Assembly: GCA_026003235.1 (NCBI GenBank)
Contig: BPGW01000001.1
Span: forward strand, 24,224 to 88,223
Direction: 5' to 3'
DNA from: Bacteroidia bacterium
GTDB lineage: Bacteria > Bacteroidota > Bacteroidia > SpSt-205
DNA length: 64,000 bases
Part shown: positions 54,486-63,487 of the stretch, piece after piece
How positions within the stretch are numbered: position 1 is the stretch's first letter
Layout: each line of letters begins with the position of its first letter
Position numbers and translations under genes: made by a program
Notes under the pieces: model-generated
What the model was told of the DNA's origin: nothing
The model's input: the letters and a program-made list of their open reading frames with translations, nothing else
Databases searched by the model: none

Positions 54486-57400
54486 AGCGAACGCAGGTAG
54501 TTTTCAATGAGTTGCTGGTACAAGGGACGATACAGCCACACCGGCGGCACAGAAGTCGCCGAAGAAGGGCTTATCTGAGGGCGTGGATACACCCCCACCG
54601 TACGCTGGAAAAACTGCTGCGCGGTACGAGACTCCCGCTCTGGCGATAGCTCGCGCTCGCGCTGCGAACGCTCATAATCCAGGAGCCGGGTAAGAATCTG
54701 CTGCTGCCGAAGGAGCCGTTCCCGGGTGAGCTGGCCCCCCAGGAGTTCTTTCTCGGCCTTCTGCATTTCTTCGAGGAGGCCCTGGAGCTGCGCCGCATCC
54801 CCTGGATTATGACGCAGCCTTTCCTGCAGCTGGAGCCGGATCAGCTCCTGCTGCGCCGACAAGCGGGCTCTCTCTTCCGGCGAAAGACCCCCTGGATGCT
54901 CTGCGCCTGGGTTGGGCGAAAGAGCCCGCTCAAGCGCTTCATTGAGCTGACGCTGAAGCTGTTCCAAAGACGGCTGATGACCTCCCTTAGGACGAGCAGA
55001 AGGACGCTGACCGCTTTGCGAGGAGGGTTGATTCCCCGCGCTGGAAGAAGGCTTGCCCTGAGCCCCCTTGCGCCGAACCCGAAAAGAACGCTGACAAGCC
55101 CCCCCAGCCTGCTGGCGATCCCGCTGATTCTGCTCCAGCTGGGCTAAGAGTTCTGTCAGCAGGTTGGCCAAACGATTGAGCCCCTGCAAAATATACTGCT
55201 GCCGACGAACAAGCGCCCCCGGATCCTGAAGAGAAAGCCCCTGAAAATACCGATCCATGTCCCGCAAAAGGTCCAGTATAGCCTCCTCTATGACGGGCGA
55301 ACGGTGCGCCAGCGCATACAAACTATCCCGCACTTGCTGATAGTCTCGCCGTAAAACTTGCTGCTGGCTAAAAATCGTCTCCAAAGCCGAGAGTAGGTTT
55401 CGGTTTTCTTGGGCTTTACTGCGAAGGTCCTCTTGCCGAAAAGAGAGCGTCAAAATACCCTTCAGCAGAAGGCGCAGCGCTTCGTACTCTTCCGCTTCTT
55501 CGGCACCTTGGGCTTCTTGGTTGCCTTGGTCTATAGCATTTAGCGCCTTTTCCAGGGATTCAGCCGCATTCTTTTGGGATTCTCTGGGAGAATCGCTTCC
55601 TGATTGCATCTTCTGCAAGGCCTCTTGCATAGACTGTATAGCCTGCTGAAGGTGCTTTTCTGCTTGCTCCATGCTATCCCGCAAGACCCCTGAAGCGTCC
55701 TTCTGCAGGCTATCTACCTGGCGGCGGAGCTCTTCGGTCTCCTCTTGGAGGCGCCGCTGGAGGGCCTGCGTAGACCCTTCACGCTGAAGCGAATCAGGAA
55801 GGTCAGCCATGCGAGCTTGTCGCTCAGCCATCTCCGAAAGCCGGGTCATCAGCTCCTCCAGCTTGCGCTCGAACTGATAGGGAGACACGAGGGCTTCCCA
55901 TCGCCGGAGTTTTTCCTCCCACTCCTGGAAGGCTCTTTCCAGCTCTTGCTTTAGCTGCTGCGTGCGCAAGGAATCCATGGATGGAGCCTGCTGGAGTTCA
56001 GACAGGATCTGCTCAGGCTTTTGCGGATTCATCTCTTCCAGGAGCTGCTGGAGCCGGCGCATCTGCTCCAGGAGTTCCGGCGTGTAAAGGTGCTGCTCGG
56101 CAGCCAGCCGTTCAAGCGACCGAAGCTCGCTGCGCAGCTCACGAAATCGTTCTGACAGTTCCGTGGCCCGCCGAGCCGCCGTACTCAAGTCCGACTGAGA
56201 AAGAAGAGCCTGAAGCTGCCGATGAAACTTCTCCAGCTCCTGAAAAAGCGAATCTTGCAAAGAGGCAAAGACCTGCTGACGAGCTTGGTCGTCCTGCGGC
56301 TCCAGCGTATAGAGGATGCTGCGGCTGGACTTGGGGCCGGAAATAGCGTCGTTATCCCAGGCTTCTACGTAGTATTCCACTTTTTCGCCCGGCTGAACCC
56401 CCATTTGCCTCCAATCCAGGGTAAAGCGGGCCTCTTGCACGGCCTCTCCCGTGATAGGCAAGGGGTAAGCACGAAACGACTCCTGAACTCGTGACGGCAT
56501 CAGCCCCTCCGCAATCCGATACCACAACACCGCCCGGCTAAACCCGTAATCATCCATTAGCCGAAGCCGAATACCCTGCATCCAGCTGTCAGGGTTCAGC
56601 CAGTCTGAGAAAAGCTGCACCGAAGGATAGCCGTCGGGATACACCTCTACCCTCAAAGACAAAGAGTCCCGAAACAGCGAGTCCCACACAACGACCGAAT
56701 AAAGGCCGGACTCAAGGGCCGCAAGACGACCTTCCCAGCGGCCTCCCCCTAGGGGGCGCCAGGAGACTTGCCCTCCGTCAAGGTGGTAGGCCCGGCCAGT
56801 TTCCGCCACCTCCAGCCTCACTTGAAGCTGCGTGCCCTTTAGGACCCGAACCGTAGGTTGAAAGAGCGTATCAGGCTTTTGCCGGGTGTAAGCAGGGTAC
56901 AGGCAAGTTACCGCTATCTGAGCAATGGTAGGCGGCTGAAGCACTCGGATAGGTATCTCCCGAAGAAGGCCCTCCGGCGTCTCCAGACGCAGCACAAAGC
57001 TCTCCTGCAAAGCACCCGCCTGAAAAACGTACCGATGAGCGGCTTCCTTTACGAGGGGCAAAGGCCCTTTATCCGTGCTGGCGAAAATGTCCTTGGGGAG
57101 CCGCTGACCCTGGAGGATAAACCGCAAAGTGAGGGGTTCCCCTCTCTTGTAGAAGGGCTTGAGCCCCTCCACAACGAGCTGGTAAGGAAGGGGGCGGGTA
57201 AAAGCCTGGTTGGGCTTCAAAAAGCGAAGGGCCCCTGCCCGGAAAAACGAGGGGCTGGTTACCCACAAGAGGGCCGTTCCAGCTACCACCAGCAAGAGAA
57301 CCACGAGATACCGCCGAAGGTCCGCTTTGGGAAGGGTCACTTCCCAGGGAATCACAGACAAACGCTGCATCCGCTCTTCAAGGGCAAGGGCTATCGCAGC

Positions 57401-57763
57401 GTTCGCAGAAGGATCTTGCTGGCTGAGCTGGAGGGCATTTAGCAGTTTGTCTTGCACTTCGGGCAAACGGCGGCCTATCCATCGGGCGGCTTCTTCGTCA
57501 GACAAGTAGCCTCGCAACCGAAAGCCGTACTGAAGGAGCGGATACACCACCCCCCATCCCAAAAGAAAAACCGTGCCAGCCACCCAAACCCCCCACAACA
57601 GCGACCGAACCGGCACCGTCCACCAGAAAAGCCCTTCTGTCAAAGAAAAAAGCACAAAAACAACCCCACTGAGGATACCCGACAGCAAAAGCCCTCGCAC
57701 AATCCGGATTCTGTAATACGCTGCTCGGAATGCCACTAGCCGCTCTCGGAGGGAAGAGGTCAT
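54482..57763 (-). CDS. Large membrane-anchored coiled-coil protein (DUF4175-like)
   Basis: 1093 aa. Two or three N-terminal TM helices, a central beta-rich region, and a C-terminal ~550 aa Gln/Glu/Arg/Leu-rich coiled coil with a Ser/Pro/Gln/Gly-rich low-complexity patch (GKPSSSAGNQPSSQSGQRPSARPKGG). The DUF4175 assignment is from memory of the family architecture. Confidence 0.6.
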   Translation of the reverse strand: MTSSLRERLVAFRAAYYRIRIVRGLLLSGILSGVVFVLFSLTEGLFWWTVPVRSLLWGVWVAGTVFLLGWGVVYPLLQYGFRLRGYLSDEEAARWIGRRLPEVQDKLLNALQLSQQDPSANAAIALALEERMQRLSVIPWEVTLPKADLRRYLVVLLLVVAGTALLWVTSPSFFRAGALRFLKPNQAFTRPLPYQLVVEGLKPFYKRGEPLTLRFILQGQRLPKDIFASTDKGPLPLVKEAAHRYVFQAGALQESFVLRLETPEGLLREIPIRVLQPPTIAQIAVTCLYPAYTRQKPDTLFQPTVRVLKGTQLQVRLEVAETGRAYHLDGGQVSWRPLGGGRWEGRLAALESGLYSVVVWDSLFRDSLSLRVEVYPDGYPSVQLFSDWLNPDSWMQGIRLRLMDDYGFSRAVLWYRIAEGLMPSRVQESFRAYPLPITGEAVQEARFTLDWRQMGVQPGEKVEYYVEAWDNDAISGPKSSRSILYTLEPQDDQARQQVFASLQDSLFQELEKFHRQLQALLSQSDLSTAARRATELSERFRELRSELRSLERLAAEQHLYTPELLEQMRRLQQLLEEMNPQKPEQILSELQQAPSMDSLRTQQLKQELERAFQEWEEKLRRWEALVSPYQFERKLEELMTRLSEMAERQARMADLPDSLQREGSTQALQRRLQEETEELRRQVDSLQKDASGVLRDSMEQAEKHLQQAIQSMQEALQKMQSGSDSPRESQKNAAESLEKALNAIDQGNQEAQGAEEAEEYEALRLLLKGILTLSFRQEDLRSKAQENRNLLSALETIFSQQQVLRRDYQQVRDSLYALAHRSPVIEEAILDLLRDMDRYFQGLSLQDPGALVRRQQYILQGLNRLANLLTELLAQLEQNQRDRQQAGGACQRSFRVRRKGAQGKPSSSAGNQPSSQSGQRPSARPKGGHQPSLEQLQRQLNEALERALSPNPGAEHPGGLSPEERARLSAQQELIRLQLQERLRHNPGDAAQLQGLLEEMQKAEKELLGGQLTRERLLRQQQILTRLLDYERSQRERELSPERESRTAQQFFQRTVGVYPRPQISPSSATSVPPVWLYRPLYQQLIENYLRSL

Positions 57764-57775
57764 ACGGTTTTCCTA

Positions 57776-57783
57776 CAAAGATA
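57776..57783 (-). promoter_or_regulatory. -7 motif TATCTTTG, 12 nt upstream of ATG 57763
   Basis: Plus strand reads CAAAGATA. It is divergent from the motif at 57836..57843. Confidence 0.45.
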
Positions 57784-57835
57784 CACAAAAGGGTTGGCCT
57801 GAGGAAAAAGCCCCTGCCAGCCCAGGGAAAAGGGG

Positions 57836-57843
57836 TATCTTTG
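57836..57843 (+). promoter_or_regulatory. -7 motif TATCTTTG, 4 nt upstream of ATG 57848
   Basis: Exact TAnnTTTG match. Confidence 0.55.
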
Positions 57844-57847
57844 CGGC

Positions 57848-58621
57848 ATGAGCTTTCTCTTGCTGGAGAAAGGTATCCGACCGGGGGTAGCCTTGATTCG
57901 CTTGAACCGCCCAGAGAGCCTCAACGCCCTCAACCGCAGCCTGGTAGCAGAACTCACCGATACCCTGCTGACGCTGGACAAAGACGACGAGGTAAGGGTC
58001 ATTGTACTAACAGGAAATGAGCGGGCTTTTGCTGCTGGGGCAGACATCAAAGAAATGGCTAACGATTCTGCGGTAGACATGCTTCTGCTGGACCAGTTCC
58101 AGCGGTGGGATCAGATAAAACGGCTCAAGAAACCCCTTATCGCCGCCGTAAGCGGGTATGCGCTGGGAGGCGGATGTGAACTGGCTATGCTTTGCGATAT
58201 CATCATTGCCAGCGAGACAGCTCAATTTGGCCAGCCTGAGATTAAGATAGGCGTTATCCCAGGGGCCGGAGGAACCCAACGATTGACCCGAGCTATCGGC
58301 AAATCCCGAGCCATGGAATACATCCTTACAGGCCGCTTCTTCTCGGCCAGACAAGCCGAAGCTTGGGGACTCGTAAGCCGGGTCGTACCGGTGGAACTCT
58401 ACCTGGAAGAGGCCCTGAACCTGGCCAGTGAGATCGCCAGCATGCCCCCCCTCGCTGTACAGCTGGCTAAACAAGCCGTCAATAAGGCATACGAACTCTC
58501 CCTTGAGGAAGGCCTTCACTTTGAACGGCGAAACTTCTACCTTCTCTTCGCCACAGAGGACCAAAAAGAAGGCATGCGCGCCTTTATGGAGAAGCGTCCT
58601 CCAAAATGGACAGGCCGCTGA
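57848..58621 (+). CDS. Enoyl-CoA hydratase (crotonase family)
   Basis: 257 aa. LNRPESLNAL, FAAGADIKEM, AAVSGYALGGGCELAMLCD, GQPEIKIGVIPGAGGTQRL. Confidence 0.92.
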   Translation: MSFLLLEKGIRPGVALIRLNRPESLNALNRSLVAELTDTLLTLDKDDEVRVIVLTGNERAFAAGADIKEMANDSAVDMLLLDQFQRWDQIKRLKKPLIAAVSGYALGGGCELAMLCDIIIASETAQFGQPEIKIGVIPGAGGTQRLTRAIGKSRAMEYILTGRFFSARQAEAWGLVSRVVPVELYLEEALNLASEIASMPPLAVQLAKQAVNKAYELSLEEGLHFERRNFYLLFATEDQKEGMRAFMEKRPPKWTGR

Positions 58622-59667
58622 TTCGGTATTCTTTCCAACCTGGCCCCTCCCAACTTTACCCCGACATTGGAACCTACATCCAGGAAGCCCTGAGCGAAGG
58701 GCTGCTTTCCCGCTACCATCGCGATCCCGTTTGGAAAGCCCTATACCGCTCAGCCCAAGAGGCGGTCAAGACTTTCCTGGGTGTGCCCTCCGACTGGCTG
58801 GTGCTCTTTGTGAGCTCTGCCACCGAAGCCTGGCAAATCCTCGTAGATGCCTCCGCAGAAAGCCCCAGTTTGCACTTCATACAGGGAGCTTTTGGAGAGC
58901 GATGGTACACCTTGCAGAAAAACGCCTCTCCTTTTGCCTTTAGCCATACCGTAGACGAAACCCTAACCTGGCCAGAGCAGGTAGAAGCCGCCAGCCGGAA
59001 ATACGCTGGGGCCGCCTTCGTCGGGGCCGTGCATGTAGAAACCTCCCGAGGCGCCGCTCTACCCGATCTGCCTACCCTGCGAAAAGCCTTCCCTTCTGCC
59101 CTGATAGCCATAGATGCTACCAGCAGCCTGGGAGGACTTCAGCTGCCCTGGGAAGCAGGAGATGTGTGGTTCGCCTCCGTGCAGAAATGCCTGGGGCTTC
59201 CTCCAGGTATAGCCCTGATGATCCTCTCCCCAGCAGCCCAAGAACGGTACGGAGAATACCCCCACCTTCGTCACAACACCCTCAGCTACCTGATAAGGAA
59301 AGCCCAAATCCACCAGCCGCCCTTCACCCCCAACCTGCTGGGCATTTATCTCCTGGCCAGGAGTTTACCTAACCGCCCTCCCCTAAGCGAGACTCACCGG
59401 CGTCTTCAAGCCCGCGCTCATACCTTATACCAAGCGCTTACCGAGAAAGGCTACCTTCTACCCATCCCTGAAGCCTACCGGGCACCTACCGTAATCTCGG
59501 CTACCTGGAAAGACCCCACCAAAGCCCAGGAAAAGACAGAAAAACTGGAGAAAGAAGGCCTCTACCTGGGAAAAGGCTATGGCAAGGAAAGCCAAACACA
59601 CTTCCGGATAGCTAACTTTCCAGCCTTACCCGACCAAGCGTACGAAGAGTTACTGGTACGACTTTGA
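58606..59667 (+). CDS. Class V-fold PLP-dependent aminotransferase (SerC-like)
   Basis: 353 aa. FQPGPSQLYP N-terminus, SATEAW, IAIDATSSLG, SVQKCLGLPPGIALMI (candidate PLP lysine). Substrate not assignable by eye. Confidence 0.68.
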   Translation: MDRPLIRYSFQPGPSQLYPDIGTYIQEALSEGLLSRYHRDPVWKALYRSAQEAVKTFLGVPSDWLVLFVSSATEAWQILVDASAESPSLHFIQGAFGERWYTLQKNASPFAFSHTVDETLTWPEQVEAASRKYAGAAFVGAVHVETSRGAALPDLPTLRKAFPSALIAIDATSSLGGLQLPWEAGDVWFASVQKCLGLPPGIALMILSPAAQERYGEYPHLRHNTLSYLIRKAQIHQPPFTPNLLGIYLLARSLPNRPPLSETHRRLQARAHTLYQALTEKGYLLPIPEAYRAPTVISATWKDPTKAQEKTEKLEKEGLYLGKGYGKESQTHFRIANFPALPDQAYEELLVRL

Positions 59668-59672
59668 GCCGC

Positions 59673-60713
59673 TTACCCCTTTTGAACAAGCCCTAAGTCC
59701 CGACTCATCTGAAGCATGAGCTCAATAGGGCGCCGGGCAGCCTCCATAATGTCTGGAGGTAAAGTAACCTCCGGCGCTTCATAAAGAAGGGCATTGTAGA
59801 TCTTTTCCAAGGTGTTGAGCTTCATATGGGGGCAAGTGTTGCAGCTGCAGGAGTACTCCGCAGGAGCTTGTATAAGTTCTTTATCAGGAGCCTTCTTACG
59901 CATCTGATGAAGAATCCCCGTCTCTGTAGCTACGATGAACCGTTTCTTTGGAGAGTTCACCACGTAGTTAAGCAGAGCCGTGGTAGAGCCAATGAAGTCA
60001 GCCTGTTCAAGCAGGGCAGGCTCACATTCTGGATGGGCGATAAGTTCTGCATCGGGATACGCCTGCCGGAGGGCCCGCACTTTCTGATGAGAAAAAATCG
60101 TATGCACCATGCACACCCCGTTCCACAGAACCATGTCTCTGCCTGTCTTGCGCATCACATACAAACCAAGGTTTTTATCAGGGGCAAAAATCAACTTCCA
60201 GTCTGCAGGCAAAGCCTGTACAATAGGAACCGCATTGGAAGAGGTCACAATGATGTCACTCATGGCCTTAATGCGGGCTGAGGTGTTTATGTAGCTGACC
60301 ACTTTATGGTCAGGGTACTGGGCCTTGAAGGCAGCAAAGGCCTCTGGAGGACAGCTGTCAGAGAGGGAGCACCCCGCATTGAGGTCGGGAATAAGAACCT
60401 TCTTAGTGGGATTGAGGATTTTAGCCGTCTCCGCCATAAAATGGACCCCCGCAAAGACAATAATATCTGCGTTTGTCTCGGCAGCCTTTTGAGATAGACC
60501 TAAGCTATCTCCAATAAAGTCTGCGATATCCTGGATCTCAGCTTCCTGGTAGTAGTGAGCCAGGAGTACGGCGTTTTTTTCTCGTTTGAGCCGCTGGATT
60601 TCTGCCACCAGATCTATCCCCAAAGGTGGCTCGATCGGCACATAGCCATACTCCTCTACCCATTTAGAAATGTTTTCGGCGAAGGTTAATGGGCTTGTGG
60701 ATACGGTGGACAT
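59673..60713 (-). CDS. nadA: Quinolinate synthase
   Basis: From ORF 59673..60731, with the start at ATG 60713. [44 protein letters not shown] (Fe-S cysteine ligands). Confidence 0.92.
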   Translation of the reverse strand: MSTVSTSPLTFAENISKWVEEYGYVPIEPPLGIDLVAEIQRLKREKNAVLLAHYYQEAEIQDIADFIGDSLGLSQKAAETNADIIVFAGVHFMAETAKILNPTKKVLIPDLNAGCSLSDSCPPEAFAAFKAQYPDHKVVSYINTSARIKAMSDIIVTSSNAVPIVQALPADWKLIFAPDKNLGLYVMRKTGRDMVLWNGVCMVHTIFSHQKVRALRQAYPDAELIAHPECEPALLEQADFIGSTTALLNYVVNSPKKRFIVATETGILHQMRKKAPDKELIQAPAEYSCSCNTCPHMKLNTLEKIYNALLYEAPEVTLPPDIMEAARRPIELMLQMSRDLGLVQKG

Positions 60714-60836
60714 ACTTACCGAAGGTAACAAAAATGGCTGACAGATAGGGCACTCTGACCTGCAGGGGCTGTGGATGGTCGTGCAGAAAAGTCGGGGGAG
60801 AAGACGGATAAGGTCAAAGCCTGTAGGGGGTTTGCC

Positions 60837-60844
60837 TACTTTTG
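60837..60844 (+). promoter_or_regulatory. -7 motif TACTTTTG, 30 nt upstream of ATG 60875
   Basis: Exact TAnnTTTG match. Here the spacing predicts a short 5' UTR rather than a leaderless mRNA. Confidence 0.4.
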
Positions 60845-60874
60845 TCCCCGGCTCAAAGGCGCTTTTGCACGGGT

Positions 60875-62077
60875 ATGGCTCGGGTTATCCACTGCATTCT
60901 CAACAACTTGGTTTACGAGCAGCGCCTGCATAAGGTGGCTCTCACTTTCTCTAAAGAGCACGAGGTGGAGGTAGTGGGTGTTGTAACTCCTGCTACGAAG
61001 GTGCCTTTGTCTAAGCGTCCCTATTCTACCCGACGGCTTTTTGTGCCGGTAAAGCGAGGCCCTCTCTTCTTTCTTATGGCCAATGTTCGGTTCTTCTTTT
61101 ATCTCTTTTTCCGGAGCAAGTGGGATGCCGTAGTGGCTTGTGACCTGGACATTTTACCAGCCTGTTGGCTTGCTTCGGTCCTGCGGAGAAAAAAACTCCT
61201 TCTGGATAGCCGAGAGCTTTATACCCAAACCTCTCTCGTCCAGCGTAAACCTTTCAGCCAAAAAGTGTGGCTCCTTGCAGAGAGGCTTCTCTACCCCAGA
61301 GTCTGGTATATCTTGACTGTGAGCCCTCCCATCGCATCTTACTTCTCAACAAGGTACAAAAAAACAGTCTGGCTAATCTACAACTTGCCTCTGAGGAGGG
61401 ATAAGTTCGCGAACCCCCGCTTGGAGAATCGTCTCCTCCTCTACCAAGGTATGCTTCATCCTGATAGAGGCTTAGAGGAACTTATCTTGGCTCTGACGTA
61501 CGTCGCTGGGTGGAAACTGTGGATAGTGGGAGACGGTCCGCTTCGTCCCTACTTGGAGAAGCTTGCTTCCCAGCAAGGTCTCTCGCAAAGGGTACAATTT
61601 TTTGGGTTGGTGCCCTTTGAAGTACTAAGCGGGTACACAGAACAGGCTACTTTGGGCGTTTCGGGGGAAGTGCCCCGTTCCCTGAACCATAGGTTTGCTT
61701 TGCCCAACAAGGCGTTTGACTACCTCCAGCAAGGGATCCCTCTCCTGGTGGGGGAAGCTCCTCTTTTGCGAGCCCTTGTCCGTCATTATGGTTGTGGGTA
61801 TATAGTGCCCTCCTGGCAGCCGAGAGAGATAGCTCAGGCCCTGGAAGAGCTCAGTCGGTCATATCCTTCGTATGCGAAGTGGGTAGAGGGAGCCCGGGCC
61901 GCAGCGCGAGACCTGCACTGGGAAAAACAGGAATCCTGCTTGCAAACATGGCTTCGGTACGGCTTGAGTGGGAAACCTCTACCTGTCCAGTCGGCTGAGG
62001 AGGTTTGCAGTCCTGTGGCCGCGCTCTCTCAGCTTTTTTATGGGGCCATGGACTCAGAATGTGTAGCAAGCCGGTAA
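60875..62077 (+). CDS. Glycosyltransferase, GT-B fold (family 4 / group 1-like)
   Basis: From ORF 60842..62077, with the start at ATG 60875. The C-terminal half shows the GT1/GT4 pattern ([56 protein letters not shown]). Confidence 0.75.
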   Translation: MARVIHCILNNLVYEQRLHKVALTFSKEHEVEVVGVVTPATKVPLSKRPYSTRRLFVPVKRGPLFFLMANVRFFFYLFFRSKWDAVVACDLDILPACWLASVLRRKKLLLDSRELYTQTSLVQRKPFSQKVWLLAERLLYPRVWYILTVSPPIASYFSTRYKKTVWLIYNLPLRRDKFANPRLENRLLLYQGMLHPDRGLEELILALTYVAGWKLWIVGDGPLRPYLEKLASQQGLSQRVQFFGLVPFEVLSGYTEQATLGVSGEVPRSLNHRFALPNKAFDYLQQGIPLLVGEAPLLRALVRHYGCGYIVPSWQPREIAQALEELSRSYPSYAKWVEGARAAARDLHWEKQESCLQTWLRYGLSGKPLPVQSAEEVCSPVAALSQLFYGAMDSECVASR

Positions 62078-63432
62078 ACACGGAAGGACCCACACTCCTT
62101 GACCTTTTCCCTAAGGTAAGGGCGGGCCAAGCTATCAAGCGCGCGCGAGTCGCTGTAAAGATACTCGCCGCCCTGAAGGACAGCCTGTTCAAGTAGGCAA
62201 GAGTCTTCCAGCGAAGAAAGACACCAGCCCTTTTTATGTAGATGGTATAGGTAGATGAAGCCGGATTTGTCTAAACCCACCACCACCCGGCTGGTGTCAG
62301 GCACTGCGTTCTGAAGGTGGGTTTTGCAGATAAGAAGGTCGGGATTGAAGCCGGGTTTTTCTGGGTTCCAGCGATGGTGCATGCGTGCCCAGGCCCCTAC
62401 CGGTGCGGCTAAGAGAAAAAGAAAGACCCATACCCTTTTTGGGCTTTTCCAAAGCTTGGTAAGCCCTATGGCGATGGCCCATCCTGTCCAGGGAAACCAG
62501 GGAAAGAGGTAATAGTCGTGAGGGTAGCCTAAGGTGGGCAGTTCATAGAGGAGGTAAGCCAGAAGCACAAACCCTGTGCCGAGAAAAAGCCGGCGGGTAT
62601 CTCGCTCTTGGAGAAGGGCGTAGCTGCCGATTAGAAAAGGCCCTACCGAAGCGTAGCCGATGAGGTTTTCAGGCAAGAGGGAAAGAAGATGGTGGTAAAC
62701 GAGGTGCAGATAGGAGGCCCAGGAGAACGGATGAGCGCCCAGGCCTTTGATGAGGCCTTCGTTCTTCCAGATTTCGGAGTGGGCATACCAGAGGGAGGGC
62801 AAAACCATAGAGAGGGCCCCATAGACTACAACTTTGCGGGTTCTAAGGAAATCAAGCTGCGCCTCCAGAAGCGGAAAAGCCCAGAGTAAGACGAAAGGGA
62901 TCTTGATAGCTGTAGCCAGACTTAGGCACAAGCTGGCGGCCAGGGGCTGGTGTTTTCTCCATAGTCCCAGGCCCCACAGGGCAGCAGCCAGCGCAGTCAT
63001 GTCGGGAAGGGGCGTAACGCTGTAGTAAAAAAGCGCTGGTGACCAGAGATAAGCGGCCGTTCCGAGCCAAGCGCCTTCTTGGGGTAGGAGCGTAGAAAGG
63101 AAGAGAAACATACCGGCTACACTGAGCAGAAAGCACAGGTAGGTGCCAGCTCTTGCGAGGGAGGAGGGATGACGCTTCGTCAGTTTGGCTGCAGCTGCAA
63201 GACCCCATTGGAAGAGCGGAAACTCCATACGGAAGAGCCCTTCTCCGCTGCCCCGGCAATCTCGCCTGGGGTTCCACAATCGGAAATCTTCTTCGTAAAA
63301 GCTTACGGCGGTGGCCACGGTCTGGCACTGACGCCAAGCATGGAAGCCAAACAGGTCCAGCTCAAAATGGCGCACATGCAGGAGGAGGTGCCCGATCAGG
63401 CTTCCGAGCAGGAGAAGGCGAGGCCACGTCAT
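62038..63432 (-). CDS. Polytopic membrane protein, GT-C-like (ArnT/PMT, GT39/GT83-type) glycosyltransferase candidate
   Basis: 464 aa with about 11 TM helices followed by a soluble ~90-aa C-terminal domain. It is adjacent and convergent to a GT-B glycosyltransferase. The family call rests on topology and context only. Confidence 0.55.
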   Translation of the reverse strand: MTWPRLLLLGSLIGHLLLHVRHFELDLFGFHAWRQCQTVATAVSFYEEDFRLWNPRRDCRGSGEGLFRMEFPLFQWGLAAAAKLTKRHPSSLARAGTYLCFLLSVAGMFLFLSTLLPQEGAWLGTAAYLWSPALFYYSVTPLPDMTALAAALWGLGLWRKHQPLAASLCLSLATAIKIPFVLLWAFPLLEAQLDFLRTRKVVVYGALSMVLPSLWYAHSEIWKNEGLIKGLGAHPFSWASYLHLVYHHLLSLLPENLIGYASVGPFLIGSYALLQERDTRRLFLGTGFVLLAYLLYELPTLGYPHDYYLFPWFPWTGWAIAIGLTKLWKSPKRVWVFLFLLAAPVGAWARMHHRWNPEKPGFNPDLLICKTHLQNAVPDTSRVVVGLDKSGFIYLYHLHKKGWCLSSLEDSCLLEQAVLQGGEYLYSDSRALDSLARPYLREKVKECGSFRVYRLATHSESMAP

Positions 63433-63440
63433 CTTTCTCT

Positions 63441-63448
63441 CAAAGGTA
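63441..63448 (-). promoter_or_regulatory. -7 motif TACCTTTG, 8 nt upstream of ATG 63432
   Basis: Plus strand reads CAAAGGTA. Confidence 0.45.
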
Positions 63449-63472
63449 GGACGAATCAGCAGGGGGTGTCTT

Positions 63473-63480
63473 TATCTTTG
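63473..63480 (+). promoter_or_regulatory. -7 motif TATCTTTG, 7 nt upstream of ATG 63488 (lipA)
   Basis: Exact TAnnTTTG match. Confidence 0.5.
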
Positions 63481-63487
63481 TGAGGGT

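Noticed and set aside
60842-60874. TTG at 60842 as the start of the GT4 gene (as in the ORF track)
   Set aside because: That TTG is part of the TACTTTTG promoter-like motif itself. The first ATG (60875) gives an N-terminus ([11 protein letters not shown]) of normal GT-B length. The start remains uncertain.
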